Assembly (NCBI GenBank): GCA_024225395.1
Contig: JAAEMR010000174.1
Coordinates: forward strand, 6,057 to 70,056
DNA from: Gammaproteobacteria bacterium
GTDB lineage: Bacteria > Pseudomonadota > Gammaproteobacteria > GCA-001735895
DNA: 64,000 bases
Direction: 5' to 3'
Part shown: positions 8,324-18,460 of the stretch, in pieces
Position numbering within the stretch: position 1 is the first letter of the stretch
Layout of the letters: the number at the start of each line of letters is the position of its first letter
Program-made: the position numbers and the translations under genes
The notes under the pieces: generated by a model
The model's database searches: none
What the model saw: only the letters and a program-made list of their open reading frames with translations
Told to the model about the DNA's origin: nothing

Positions 8324-10429
8324 CTAGTAACTGTATATTTTCGACAAAACTGCATTATTGTTTATGAACCAGAGCGGGTTCAATGTTCCACTGCTGTTGG
8401 TATAGTCCTCAAATTGAGGATAAGCCCTCATAACGTCTACCCATTCAAGAGGATGAAACCAGTTTTCCGAGCCTGCAGTACTGATTGCCACACCCCATGG
8501 AAGTCCATTATCTGCCTGATAGTAGAGATTATTTAATGGTTCGGAAACATCATCCAGCATGCCAAAATAGTCAACGTTTACTAACGATGTTGGAGGTTTG
8601 TTTTTTAAGTGAATCTCCAGTCCTCGACCTGGATTTTCGGAGAATGCAGGACCATGAAATGTATCTGGTGTGGCGAATATAAATGGATTAAACGGTGCAT
8701 CAGGAAAGGAGTTTTCAGCAATTCCATCGATAAAAGGAATTTTCAGGCTGAATGTAAAAGTTGACGATGAACTGCATCCAGCTTCAGTCTTGTAGTACCA
8801 ACATCCCGAGTCTGGTTTAACATGCTTCCTTAGGTCGTTGCTGATCTTTAGGACGGTATGGTTGGTACCTTCTTCCAGGAGATTGGTTTGGGATGCCTGG
8901 TCGTTAATATCAAACCGAATCATGGCCTGATCAATGTTGTTATTGCTTACACCCTGTAACTGGATGGCAAATCCATTCCGGTATGCAGCACCATAGGCTT
9001 TTAACTCTCCCCTCAGGTTTAATTGTTTCACGGTATTATCACTTGTAATTAACAATGAGGATTCAAGTCGGATAACAACATCATTAAGATCATAGTCACC
9101 TTTCTCGGGCCAATTGTCTTCGAAGGCCAGGAAATAAGGGCTGTTCTGGACTAGACTGTATCCCGGGTCGGTGACCAGAACCTGATAATCCTCAACCTCT
9201 CCGTCTGCCACACCACCCGTCGCCTGAATATTGGCTGTCGAGTTATAGCGTACCCTTGCCCAGGTTGTACCCGGCTCAACATTCAGTGGTGTTTCGACCA
9301 GAAAAATTTCTGTTCCAGTCTGCATCTGGCGATCAATAACGGGCTGCTCGCCAGCATCAAACTGGCCATTCTGATTCCAGTCAATCCAGATATTCAGATA
9401 TCCAGTTCCATTCACCTTAACCTGCACCAGGCTATCCAGACCCGCTTCAAAACTGGTGATAAAGTTGACACCATCCTCATCGTAGGCTGTGAATTCGTCA
9501 GAAAGTGGAAATACGTAGGCGTCATACTCAGCATCTATGGTATTGCCAAGATAGATTAAGCTGATTCCATGGCGGGCACCGTTGTTGTTCAGGGTGGTTC
9601 CATAGGAGTCAGGGGCATCACCAAAATCTGTATCGGCGGGTAGTGTATCATCCACGATTGGAGCAATAGCACAGCGTGCACCGTCGTTATTGCTTGAGCT
9701 TGGACCGTAGGCGAATAACTCTGCCGCGGGAGCTGCAACAGTTAAATCAATACGGAATATTTGACCGTCCTGGTTTCTGCTTATATATAAATTTCCGTTG
9801 ACATCGAAATAAACTGCACCAAAAGTACCGCTTACCCCAACATTACCTAAAGATAGAGCGCTACCGTCGCTAACATTGATTCGGAATAGATTACCGTTAC
9901 TATCAACAGAGTAGGCGAATCCATTTTCCGGGTGAAAAGCCAGGTCAAAAATCGCCAGTGAAAGAGAGGCTCCATCGATAATGCGAGTCGAAACAAGGTA
10001 ATCTGCTGCACTTTCATCAAGGACTATTTTGTACAAACCAAATGAACTACCTTTTTTATACATGTAGTACGCATTTTCATTTAAAGCGACATCACCTACA
10101 AAGAAGTTAGTTCCCGGGTTGTTAGAAACCACTAGCGATTCCGCCTGAAAGTCATTTCCTATTCTTATGAGGGTTCCCCATTCATAACCCCAGCCATAGA
10201 GATAATTGTCATGAAAGTTAAAGCCAAAGCCATTTATTTTGTTGTTAGTGCCAAGATCGCTGGACAATAAGCTGTAGTCACCGGTAACCAGGTTGACACC
10301 ATACAACTGTGCAACGGTTTCCTGAATAAGGAAAGCTTTCGAAGGGCAATTATTAAATGGCGCAGATTCTACTTGAAATGATAAAACAGCAAATAACAGG
10401 CCGAGTTGTATTCTTACAAAGTTCTTCAT
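8324..10429 (-). CDS. Large secreted protein with beta-propeller-like repeats, a GEVED domain and an LruC-like C-terminal region
   Basis: Signal peptide MKNFVRIQLGLLFAVLSFQVESA. Repeated ...NGNLFRI / NGNLYISRNQDGQIFRI blades. DFGDAPDSYGT... then GGVADGEVEDYQVLV (GEVED motif). Family assignment made from memory of the motifs. Confidence 0.6.
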   Translation of the reverse strand: MKNFVRIQLGLLFAVLSFQVESAPFNNCPSKAFLIQETVAQLYGVNLVTGDYSLLSSDLGTNNKINGFGFNFHDNYLYGWGYEWGTLIRIGNDFQAESLVVSNNPGTNFFVGDVALNENAYYMYKKGSSFGLYKIVLDESAADYLVSTRIIDGASLSLAIFDLAFHPENGFAYSVDSNGNLFRINVSDGSALSLGNVGVSGTFGAVYFDVNGNLYISRNQDGQIFRIDLTVAAPAAELFAYGPSSSNNDGARCAIAPIVDDTLPADTDFGDAPDSYGTTLNNNGARHGISLIYLGNTIDAEYDAYVFPLSDEFTAYDEDGVNFITSFEAGLDSLVQVKVNGTGYLNIWIDWNQNGQFDAGEQPVIDRQMQTGTEIFLVETPLNVEPGTTWARVRYNSTANIQATGGVADGEVEDYQVLVTDPGYSLVQNSPYFLAFEDNWPEKGDYDLNDVVIRLESSLLITSDNTVKQLNLRGELKAYGAAYRNGFAIQLQGVSNNNIDQAMIRFDINDQASQTNLLEEGTNHTVLKISNDLRKHVKPDSGCWYYKTEAGCSSSSTFTFSLKIPFIDGIAENSFPDAPFNPFIFATPDTFHGPAFSENPGRGLEIHLKNKPPTSLVNVDYFGMLDDVSEPLNNLYYQADNGLPWGVAISTAGSENWFHPLEWVDVMRAYPQFEDYTNSSGTLNPLWFINNNAVLSKIYSY

Positions 10430-10761
10430 GGGTTATCACATCAGCTAAATGAATATTTGAACATCCAAATATCATGCCATCTGTATATCATGGTTCCTTG
10501 ATATACAGGTTTTGTAATGCGTGGGCATCGCATACAGCCAGATATACGGTCTAATTGATTTGGATTCCAAAGAGTAATACTGTGCTGGCGAATACATAAT
10601 ATTTAACCCGTTGGTTGTAATTTACGAATTGCGAAGCAACATAATAATGAATTTTCGATTTGCAAATATTTGTGAAAAAAATAGATTCTGGATCGGGTTT
10701 TACAGGTTGAAACCGGATAATAATGTTTATATATTTTGCATACCAAACAGTATCGTAAGGA

Positions 10762-11166
10762 TCAAATTTTCCGTTGCAAGATAATGCGATTGAGACCATC
10801 GCAACTCGCATAATCTACATGATCCATCCAACGCCGCATAATCCACCAGCCGCGCCCGCTTTCAGCTTCAGGCAGAGGCTCAATATCCGGCGGAATCTGG
10901 GCCATGCTTTTTCCATTATCGGAGACCTCAATACGAATCGTATGGCCGTCCAGAATCCAGTCTACTGTCACCTCTTGACCCGGCTGACTCTCATAAGCAT
11001 GGATGATCGCATTGTTGATCGCCTCAGTGGTTGCCGTCTGCACCTGGTAACTATTCATTTCGTTCATCCCATTTTCCCGGCACAGTACATTGATACTAGC
11101 ACTGACAAGAGAAACGCAGTCAAGACGACTGTCAATCTTCAATGATATCCTTTTAAAAGCAGTCAT
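10762..11166 (-). CDS. RsbW-like anti-sigma factor / Ser-Thr protein kinase (HATPase_c_2), stand-alone
   Basis: ...EAINNAIIHAYESQPGQEVTVDWILDGHTIRIEVSDNGKSM...GRGWWIMRRWMDHVDY matches the GHKL ATPase fold of partner-switch kinases. Confidence 0.7.
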   Translation of the reverse strand: MTAFKRISLKIDSRLDCVSLVSASINVLCRENGMNEMNSYQVQTATTEAINNAIIHAYESQPGQEVTVDWILDGHTIRIEVSDNGKSMAQIPPDIEPLPEAESGRGWWIMRRWMDHVDYASCDGLNRIILQRKI

Positions 11167-11453
11167 TTTCTGACCTCACCAGTTCACATCGGGCATTTGA
11201 GGTATTTGAATTCAGCATGATACTGATAGTTCTTTGGTCAATATGGATAAATCATCATTCATGATGAGGCTGGTTTCAGCGGTACGATGTCATTCGGTCA
11301 GGTACTGAGTGATCAATTAATACTATCGTACTGCAGTATCTCCCGTGCTTCCAGTCAATCGTTCGCATGGACGACCTCAAGCTCAATCTTTGGAAATGAC
11401 ATCCCGCAACCGTCAACTGAACAAATCATCACCGACTATTAAAAATGTATGGT

Positions 11454-12020
11454 TCACCCATCTCCGACAACAGGCTGTTGCTGATTCAGATAATCGCGTA
11501 CCGGGGGAAACAAGGGCATGTCAAGGGCTTCCATACTCCCTCGAAACCCGATCCACACGACTTCTCGGCCATCCGGCCTAAGTCTCGGCAGAACTTCTAG
11601 CTGGACTTCGAATAGAGAGATGTGATCCTGCTTGTATTCAGTATGGTTGATCTTTTGGAAGACTTGCCGAAATGCAGCAACAGGCAGATCCAACCCTACT
11701 TCCTCCAGCAACTCCCGACGGGCTGCATCTACAACGGATTCTCCCCGCCCTATGCCGCCGCATGGTAATGTGAAAACTGATTTATAGCTGTTACGGATCA
11801 ACAGGATTTTGCCATCCAGCCATACCGCAATATAGGCCCCCCGGGTTTTTGGTCGAAGAAAAAAATTAACGGCCAGATGACCCTGATAGGCGATCCGGTA
11901 AAGAATACGGAAGGCCTTATCGAGTAAGGTATCAGATTCCAACGGGAAATCTTCAACAGACCACGTTTGTGTCCCGCCAGTCATCACGACTTCATCTGTG
12001 AAACTCGTATTTGATCTCAT
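11454..12020 (-). CDS. NUDIX hydrolase
   Basis: Nudix box GGIGRGESVVDAARRELLEEVGL (GX5EX7REUXEEXGU). AGGAG RBS 5 nt upstream of ATG at 12020. Confidence 0.8.
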   Translation of the reverse strand: MRSNTSFTDEVVMTGGTQTWSVEDFPLESDTLLDKAFRILYRIAYQGHLAVNFFLRPKTRGAYIAVWLDGKILLIRNSYKSVFTLPCGGIGRGESVVDAARRELLEEVGLDLPVAAFRQVFQKINHTEYKQDHISLFEVQLEVLPRLRPDGREVVWIGFRGSMEALDMPLFPPVRDYLNQQQPVVGDG

Positions 12021-12052
12021 TAATAACTCCTCATTTGTTTACATTCAGGTAT

Positions 12053-12069
12053 CAGCAATTGATGTGCCA
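12053..12069 (-). promoter_or_regulatory. Sigma-54 type -24/-12 promoter-like element (CTGGCACATCAATTGCT on minus strand) upstream of the NUDIX gene
   Basis: TGGCAC-N5-TTGCT with correct GG/GC spacing. Forms an inverted repeat with the identical element at 12207-12223. Confidence 0.4.
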
Positions 12070-12206
12070 GTCTCTTATGGTTGGAGAAACTTAGTACTCC
12101 CAGCTTTCAACTTATATGAAGAATATCGCTAATTATTCAGCAACATGTGGTACGTGACTTCACTCCAATAGATTAACAACCTATATATAGCACCCTATTA
12201 TCGGCT

Positions 12207-12223
12207 CTGGCACATCAATTGCT
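12207..12223 (+). promoter_or_regulatory. Sigma-54 type -24/-12 promoter (CTGGCACATCAATTGCT) about 145 bp upstream of the OmpA-like gene
   Basis: TGGCAC-N5-TTGCT. Identical core to the minus-strand copy 140 bp away. Confidence 0.5.
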
Positions 12224-12368
12224 AAACAAACTTCATGAAATCTAAATGGGGTGCTAATGATGAAACTATCCATCTATTCATTTGATTCAGCCGAGGTGGT
12301 GCATATGCCGCAAAAAATAACATTGCAAAATGCATCGTCAGTTGCAAAATGGGGCGCAGAATTGATAA

Positions 12369-12884
12369 ATGAATAATCAACTGAAACTACTTAATCTAGC
12401 CCTTTGTGGCATTTTGCTCTCTGGCTGCTCCAGCATGCAGTCACCCCATGCTGATAGAGTCCCCATGTTTTCACATTCGAATCCGCTAAGAGAGGCTCAA
12501 CCACACTCTCCACTTGCAGCTACGACTGATCAGACTTCGAGCCTGGAACATTATAGTCAGTCTACTGTGTTGTACTTCACCAACGATAGTCATGACATTA
12601 CAGCTGATGCAATGCAAAAACTGTTGATTTTTTTTGATCAACTGGCTTCCACATCCTGGCAACCCATCGTGATAGCAGGGCATACGGATTCCAGTAACAC
12701 TGAGGACTACAACATTAATCTGGCTAAACGACGCACACAAAGTGTTAAAGCGCTGTTAACAGGGCTCGGTTATCCTGGTGATTATATTATCGAGCTAGCA
12801 AAGGGAGAGAGCCAGCCGGTGGCTACTAACTCAACCGCCTCTGGCCGTCAGCTCAACCGTCGCGTTGAGATCCAGATTAAGTAA
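12369..12884 (+). CDS. OmpA-family lipoprotein (SypB-like)
   Basis: Lipoprotein signal LSGCSS. C-terminal OmpA peptidoglycan-binding domain (…IAGHTDSSNTEDYNINLAKRRTQSVKALL…NRRVEIQIK). Confidence 0.8.
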   Translation: MNNQLKLLNLALCGILLSGCSSMQSPHADRVPMFSHSNPLREAQPHSPLAATTDQTSSLEHYSQSTVLYFTNDSHDITADAMQKLLIFFDQLASTSWQPIVIAGHTDSSNTEDYNINLAKRRTQSVKALLTGLGYPGDYIIELAKGESQPVATNSTASGRQLNRRVEIQIK

Positions 12885-13057
12885 TTAAAGGTTTAGCATA
12901 TCAGCCCATTATCAGTTTGACCGCTCTATCCAACTTCAGAGACGATCCCTACAGCCTGTCAGGTATATCACTGACGGGTTTAAAGCAGAAGTACAGCTTC
13001 AACCCTTGAATGATTGTTACATTGAATCAACTTTCAATTAAAAAGTGCCGGTTTTTT

Positions 13058-13624
13058 CTACTCTGCCGGAAGATGGACATCAAGGCCCAGGGGCTTACGT
13101 TTCATAATAAGGGCTTCAACCACACCGATTATTATCATCAATAACGTTGTGATGCTATAGACCTGGTAAACAAGGCCATCCTCAAAGGGCATCTGTGCCT
13201 GATTCCATTTCCATAGCAACAAGGGTACCACTGCTACCAGGCCAGGGATCGCTGCGTAACACAGATTGCGCAGTAGACGGTAGAGTCTCATCCCCAGCTT
13301 GAGACCGATAGAATCGTGCAGATACCCAAGTAACAGGAAATAACAAAAGCTGTGGCAGATACCTAGGCAGACGATCATGCCGAACACGGTATCCAGCATG
13401 TAACTCTCATATAAATTATTACTCAGCAAGGACTCCAGACTAACCGCCACTAGCAATATTAATGCGATACGGATCAACAGCTCAACAATCATCACGATAA
13501 ATAATGGTTGCTTTGCCAGTTCACCCCGCCGCGCACGCTCAGAAACTGTAAGATCGATCGCGCGCGGCGGCACTATCAGCAGAACGTATCCTAACAGGTG
13601 GAAAAAATAGATAATACTACGCAT
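13058..13624 (-). CDS. Hypothetical polytopic membrane protein (188 aa), last gene of the minus-strand export operon
   Basis: Five to six hydrophobic helices. No recognisable catalytic motif. Confidence 0.4.
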   Translation of the reverse strand: MRSIIYFFHLLGYVLLIVPPRAIDLTVSERARRGELAKQPLFIVMIVELLIRIALILLVAVSLESLLSNNLYESYMLDTVFGMIVCLGICHSFCYFLLLGYLHDSIGLKLGMRLYRLLRNLCYAAIPGLVAVVPLLLWKWNQAQMPFEDGLVYQVYSITTLLMIIIGVVEALIMKRKPLGLDVHLPAE

Positions 13625-13654
13625 GCTTAACTCCAGCTTGAGTCATCAAAATAT

Positions 13655-14638
13655 TCATTTGTCTATCCACTCCTCACGGTGTGGGTTTGATGGTTCCTGA
13701 ACTGGTTTGGGATTAACCTTCTCGGCGTAAGCTTTGAGATCACGACGTAATGCGGTTACCACACCCATTACAATCACCACAGCAAAACCCAAAAAGACAA
13801 ATCCGATCATACTGAGTGCAGTCCATTTTTTTCGTGGTGGATAAGATTCAAAAAGTGGTTCGGTCGCCGGTTGAATCATCTCCAATGGATAGTTTTCACG
13901 GGCAAAAATCAACGACTCAACGGCCAGTTGTGCCTCCAACAGGCGGTAGATTGATCGATGCACCTCCTTGTTATTGACTACCTTCAATCGGCTTTCCAGA
14001 TAGGCACGACGGCTTTTTAACTCGTCGGCATCCAGTGAACGAATATATAGGTTAAAGGCTCTAACAAAATCATTAGCGAGGCGCGCGGCACGATCCGGCA
14101 TATCCGCGGTTATTCGGATATTTAAAAGATCCGTCTTTTTATCGATATCGATATACAACGCTTCGGATTTAAATTTCTTTACTGCCTCACGCATATCTGG
14201 TTCGACGCCCTCCCTCCATGTTTTTTTTACTTCGTCCCAATCCTGCGTATATAACCACGGCATTAAATTTTGCTCTGTGATAAAAGAGCTGATAAACCCG
14301 AACGATTCCATACGTGCCAGATGTCGCTCACGTTCATTGCTTTGACTGCCATCAATGATGAAGTCGTATTCTATAACACCAATAGTATTTGCCCCCCGGT
14401 AATTCTTCGGTTGTATGCCACCGGGCGTTTCACTGATATTGATCGCAACCTTTGCCTGGGCTGAGAAACGATCCTCGATCAACCATGACAGTCCAAATAC
14501 TACTCCCGCGCCAAGGATTGCAATGATAGCTATGCGGAACTTGTAGCGCAGTAGCTGGTGCATATACTTTAGCAGCAGCTGGTACTCTGCAAACTGTGTC
14601 TCACCGACCTGGAGCTGGTTTGTTTGTTGATTAGCCAT
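13655..14638 (-). CDS. Polysaccharide chain-length determinant (Wzz/PCP family) protein
   Basis: N-terminal TM (IAIIAILGAGVVFGLSWLI), a large periplasmic coiled-coil region, and a C-terminal TM (LSMIGFVFLGFAVVIVMGVV). Confidence 0.7.
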   Translation of the reverse strand: MANQQTNQLQVGETQFAEYQLLLKYMHQLLRYKFRIAIIAILGAGVVFGLSWLIEDRFSAQAKVAINISETPGGIQPKNYRGANTIGVIEYDFIIDGSQSNERERHLARMESFGFISSFITEQNLMPWLYTQDWDEVKKTWREGVEPDMREAVKKFKSEALYIDIDKKTDLLNIRITADMPDRAARLANDFVRAFNLYIRSLDADELKSRRAYLESRLKVVNNKEVHRSIYRLLEAQLAVESLIFARENYPLEMIQPATEPLFESYPPRKKWTALSMIGFVFLGFAVVIVMGVVTALRRDLKAYAEKVNPKPVQEPSNPHREEWIDK

Positions 14639-14639
14639 A

Positions 14640-17477
14640 TCACTTGATCAGATTAATCATAGCCGCTACGCCGATAGTGTTTTTATAGAAAATATCCACC
14701 CAGGTCGCAAACGACTCCCTACCATTAATGCGGTCAACACTAAGCGGAACATAGACCGTAGATCCGGGTGTAACCTTGACATTGGATGGAGACATAAACC
14801 AACCCCAGGTACTGGCTTTTGAACGCACTGACATAACCTCGCCATTGGCTTGAACGATATAGGCATGTTCATGTTGCGCCAGTTCCTTGGTACCTCCACT
14901 GAGACCAATGTAATCCAGTGCCGCACGACCGGAACGGTATTTGTGCGAAGTCGGAAAATAGACTTGACCGATAACACTGACTTCATCCTGAACCTTGGGT
15001 ACTATGATGCGGTCACCATCCTCCAGTACAACATCTGAGACCTCATCACAATGAGTCACAGCCTCTTCCATATCAATCACCATGCGCCCGGGCGCCTTTT
15101 CCGGGGAAAGCTGTTTAAGCACCCGGAAAACATCCTCTGCAGACTGATCCTTTGGCATTTTCTGATCTTTTTCTACCCCCTGGGACACATGCACATCGGC
15201 TGCCAGTCTCTCAAGTTGATCGAACATACGGTCTAGTGCTTTTTGCTCCTTTTTACGCACGCTCTCACGCAAGAAGACTGAACCAAACAGGTAGGCATCC
15301 TCGGTAAAGCCACCCACCCTCTGAACCAGTGAGCAAAGGGACTCTCGTTTATCAATGCGATAACTGCCCGGATAAATAACCTCACCCTCGATCGTGACGT
15401 GTTTCGGTTTCTCTACCCACTCAGGCTTTTCGCGCAAAACCAGATGATCTTTGGGATGTAAAATCAGGTCAGTTGTTTCAAGTAAGTGGCCTTTCCTGGT
15501 CAAACTGATAGACAACGAATCGGTACGACTGAACTCATTATCCAAAAGGACCTGTCGAGACAAGGTCGCAGCAATACCATAGGCCTCTTCTTTCATCCCA
15601 CCTGCTGCCTTTACAAGGTCTTTAACACGCATGCCGGGTACCATAGGATAAGTACCTGGATGAAAAACTGCACCACTTACCTGTACAACAGGCGCTATCT
15701 CACCGAAACCTGTTTCTCGCTTGATGCGCTCCACCGGGTCATTGATGAGCTCTGAGCGGTTCATATCCTTGTCAAAAAGATAAATTTTATCTTTGGATTG
15801 AAGCATTGGATTGTGATCACCGTTTTTGGCGCGTAGTGCTTCACGCAGAGAAATCTGCACAAAATAGAGGCGATCCGTGCTGAGATCCGTTCTTGCCAGC
15901 AGTGCATAATCCTGATCGACGCCTGATTCCAGTCCGCCAACATTATTGATCATGTCCAGCAAACGTGTACCGGGCTGCAGGGGATATACCCCGGGGTGTC
16001 GTAAGAAGCCTTTGAATTCAATGCTCTTGACCGGAGAGTCAGCGGTCGCCTCACGCTTCATCTTCAACACCACTCGGGACAGTTGTTCGGCACGGGCAGA
16101 GTGGGTATTGAAAATAATCACCTGGTCGCGAGGCTGCAGACGGATATTGCTATCTGAGGCCTTGTTGGCGAGAGCTTCCCCGAGGTTGAAATAAATGACC
16201 TCTGTACGTTTATCACGCCTGTTTTCACGCTGCACCATGGCCACGTCAAATTCAGCCCCCTGCCGTAGAATATTGGTTGAACTGATCAGGTCTGCAATGT
16301 TCATTTTTTTGCGCCACTGGTATCCCCCGGGGGTTAACACATGGCCGGAGAGCAGCACAACATCGTCCATCTTATCCAGGATCGGTAAAACCCGTATCAG
16401 ATCTCCATTTTTCACTTCAATGCCTTTTCCATGTTTTGCCAAATCGGCTTGCAGCAAGGTGTAAAGACCGGCGTTGGATACGCGTTCTATCTGCGCCTGG
16501 GCTTTGTTTGCTGTCGGCAACAAATCTCCAGCCAATCTCAAAACCTGACCCACGGTCCGTTCCTGTCTAATTTCATAGATCGCCGGACGCAGCACATCTC
16601 CCGCGATTCCAACGGTGGCACCGATAGGCGGCACAAAGATCAGATCGCCCTGGCGCAGATAGACGTTGGCGCTGTCATCACCATTGAGCAACAATTTATA
16701 AAGATCCATGCTCGCAATGACCTTCCCACCGCGTTTAACCTGAATATTGCGCAGTGATCCCGTGCGTTTAATGCCGCTACTGGATATCAGGGCATTAATC
16801 AAAGTAGAAAAACCACTCACGGCATAGGAACCGGGTTGTACCACCTCACCGACCAGCATGACCTGAATCGAACGCAGTTCTGATAACGTAACGACGGTCT
16901 TAATACCAATCCGCTGGCTTTCGATGGTTTTCGATATCACCCCTTTGGCTTCATCGAAGGTCAGACCACTGACCGATATGGCTCCCGCTTCGGGTACAAG
17001 GATCATGCCTTCTCGAGTCACCGTAAGCGTGTATTGCACGTCTGCGGCACTGTAAGCCTGAATGGTAAAGGTATCACCCGGCCCAATCACGTAATCCTGT
17101 GGCACTGGCGCACCACTAATCGGTGTAAATGTGGCTGCATTACCAGAGAACATTTCATAACCAAACAGTTCCAGACTGCTCTGTACGGTCTGCTGCTGAA
17201 TCTCCTCTTCCAGGCTCACGGGGTCCAGCGCGTTTGATACCTTTTGTTCGATCTGGGAGGGCTGGTCATCGCTGATAACCGACGGGTCTTTAACGACAAT
17301 GATTCGTTCAGGTTGGTGTGTTTCAGTACTGCCAGTCTGCGCCGCTACAATCGCCTGACGACGTTGCATATCCTCAAGCGTTGAAACACCCAGGCGTTCA
17401 TCGGCAACCACCAGTTGGCCCACGGCTGTGACGAACAGCACCAGGACAACGGGTGCTTTCATTAATATCTTAATCAC
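14640..17477 (-). CDS. Polysaccharide export protein, Wza/SLBB multi-domain family (945 aa; SypC-like)
   Basis: Signal peptide. An N-terminal PES/Poly_export-like region (…GPGDTFTIQAY…) followed by multiple SLBB-like repeats (…GDLIFVPP…, …GDLIRVLP…, …DKIYLF…, …GDRIIVPK…). Stop overlaps the Wzz start. Confidence 0.8.
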   Translation of the reverse strand: MIKILMKAPVVLVLFVTAVGQLVVADERLGVSTLEDMQRRQAIVAAQTGSTETHQPERIIVVKDPSVISDDQPSQIEQKVSNALDPVSLEEEIQQQTVQSSLELFGYEMFSGNAATFTPISGAPVPQDYVIGPGDTFTIQAYSAADVQYTLTVTREGMILVPEAGAISVSGLTFDEAKGVISKTIESQRIGIKTVVTLSELRSIQVMLVGEVVQPGSYAVSGFSTLINALISSSGIKRTGSLRNIQVKRGGKVIASMDLYKLLLNGDDSANVYLRQGDLIFVPPIGATVGIAGDVLRPAIYEIRQERTVGQVLRLAGDLLPTANKAQAQIERVSNAGLYTLLQADLAKHGKGIEVKNGDLIRVLPILDKMDDVVLLSGHVLTPGGYQWRKKMNIADLISSTNILRQGAEFDVAMVQRENRRDKRTEVIYFNLGEALANKASDSNIRLQPRDQVIIFNTHSARAEQLSRVVLKMKREATADSPVKSIEFKGFLRHPGVYPLQPGTRLLDMINNVGGLESGVDQDYALLARTDLSTDRLYFVQISLREALRAKNGDHNPMLQSKDKIYLFDKDMNRSELINDPVERIKRETGFGEIAPVVQVSGAVFHPGTYPMVPGMRVKDLVKAAGGMKEEAYGIAATLSRQVLLDNEFSRTDSLSISLTRKGHLLETTDLILHPKDHLVLREKPEWVEKPKHVTIEGEVIYPGSYRIDKRESLCSLVQRVGGFTEDAYLFGSVFLRESVRKKEQKALDRMFDQLERLAADVHVSQGVEKDQKMPKDQSAEDVFRVLKQLSPEKAPGRMVIDMEEAVTHCDEVSDVVLEDGDRIIVPKVQDEVSVIGQVYFPTSHKYRSGRAALDYIGLSGGTKELAQHEHAYIVQANGEVMSVRSKASTWGWFMSPSNVKVTPGSTVYVPLSVDRINGRESFATWVDIFYKNTIGVAAMINLIK

Positions 17478-18448
17478 TTGAAGTTTCCTCCTTCACTGGT
17501 GACAAAACGGAGACAACCGGAGAAATCTACGATTCTTCCCGCAGAGGTGTCTGGACAACGATCCCGATAGTCGTAAATCCCGTCACCATCGGTATCAGCC
17601 GGCCCCTTGTACAGAACACTCTGTACAAAATGCGTCATGTCTCTAGGCTGTGCTACCTTGTTCGCAGCAACGGAATACCCACAACTGTCGACTGTTTCAA
17701 GTCGTGTCCGCGAAAGCCGGTTGCCAATTCCCAGGGTATACAGGCAAACACCTGAGCGACTGCCTTGCCAGGGCATCGACTCAGGTTTTGAGTCTACTAT
17801 CCCCATACCGCCTTCAAAACTGCTGCGTTGACGCATGCGCATAACGGCATGTTCAACGGCTTTATCGATTTGAGACCAGGAGGTGATCAGAATTACCGCT
17901 GAGCTACCTTCAACCCGGCTAATCAATTCAGAGACTTTATCGAGAGCCGTAGCCAAAGAGTCACTTTCAATTTGTTCCATTGAACCAGGTGAACCTAAAG
18001 CTTGTTCTACGTCATCAGCGGTAAAGTTGGTCACTAGAAGCTCCTGCCTACGCGGATTCGGTTGCTGGTCGTATTTCAGTAGTGCACCGCTATAGCTCTG
18101 ATCCGGCATTGTTTGAGCAAATCGACGCACCATCTCACGAGCATAAAAGCGAGTCTCTACACCGCGAAACTGGCCTGACATCACTGAACTCTGATCGACC
18201 AGAAAGAACAGGTTTTTAACCCGGGGTTCAAGACTAAGATGAGCAACACGGCTGTCCAGCGGAATCGGGTTGAAGAGGTGAATAGACTGTCGATGAAGCT
18301 CAGTGTTGTAGCTTTTAACAGTCGCCAGTTCAGGTTGTGCAGGAACCTTAACCAACCGTTCTAAAGAAACGCAGCCCACCGAATGCAATACGACAAGCGC
18401 AAGACCCAGGGGTTTTAACAAATGCAGTAAACTATTATTGCTCATCAT
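17474..18448 (-). CDS. Lipoprotein with von Willebrand factor A domain and C-terminal thrombospondin-type-3 Ca-binding repeat
   Basis: Lipobox HSVGC. VWA MIDAS-like …LFFLVDQSSVMSG…. C-terminus DTDGDGIYDYRDRCPDT. 4-bp overlap with the Wza gene. Confidence 0.55.
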   Translation of the reverse strand: MMSNNSLLHLLKPLGLALVVLHSVGCVSLERLVKVPAQPELATVKSYNTELHRQSIHLFNPIPLDSRVAHLSLEPRVKNLFFLVDQSSVMSGQFRGVETRFYAREMVRRFAQTMPDQSYSGALLKYDQQPNPRRQELLVTNFTADDVEQALGSPGSMEQIESDSLATALDKVSELISRVEGSSAVILITSWSQIDKAVEHAVMRMRQRSSFEGGMGIVDSKPESMPWQGSRSGVCLYTLGIGNRLSRTRLETVDSCGYSVAANKVAQPRDMTHFVQSVLYKGPADTDGDGIYDYRDRCPDTSAGRIVDFSGCLRFVTSEGGNFK

Positions 18449-18460
18449 ATTGAACCCCGA

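Noticed and set aside
15946-16757. Chain of plus-strand ORFs (82, 89, 108 aa) inside the Wza-like gene
   Set aside because: Antisense to a well-supported 945-aa CDS with biased, Arg/Ser-rich composition. This is shadow-ORF behaviour.
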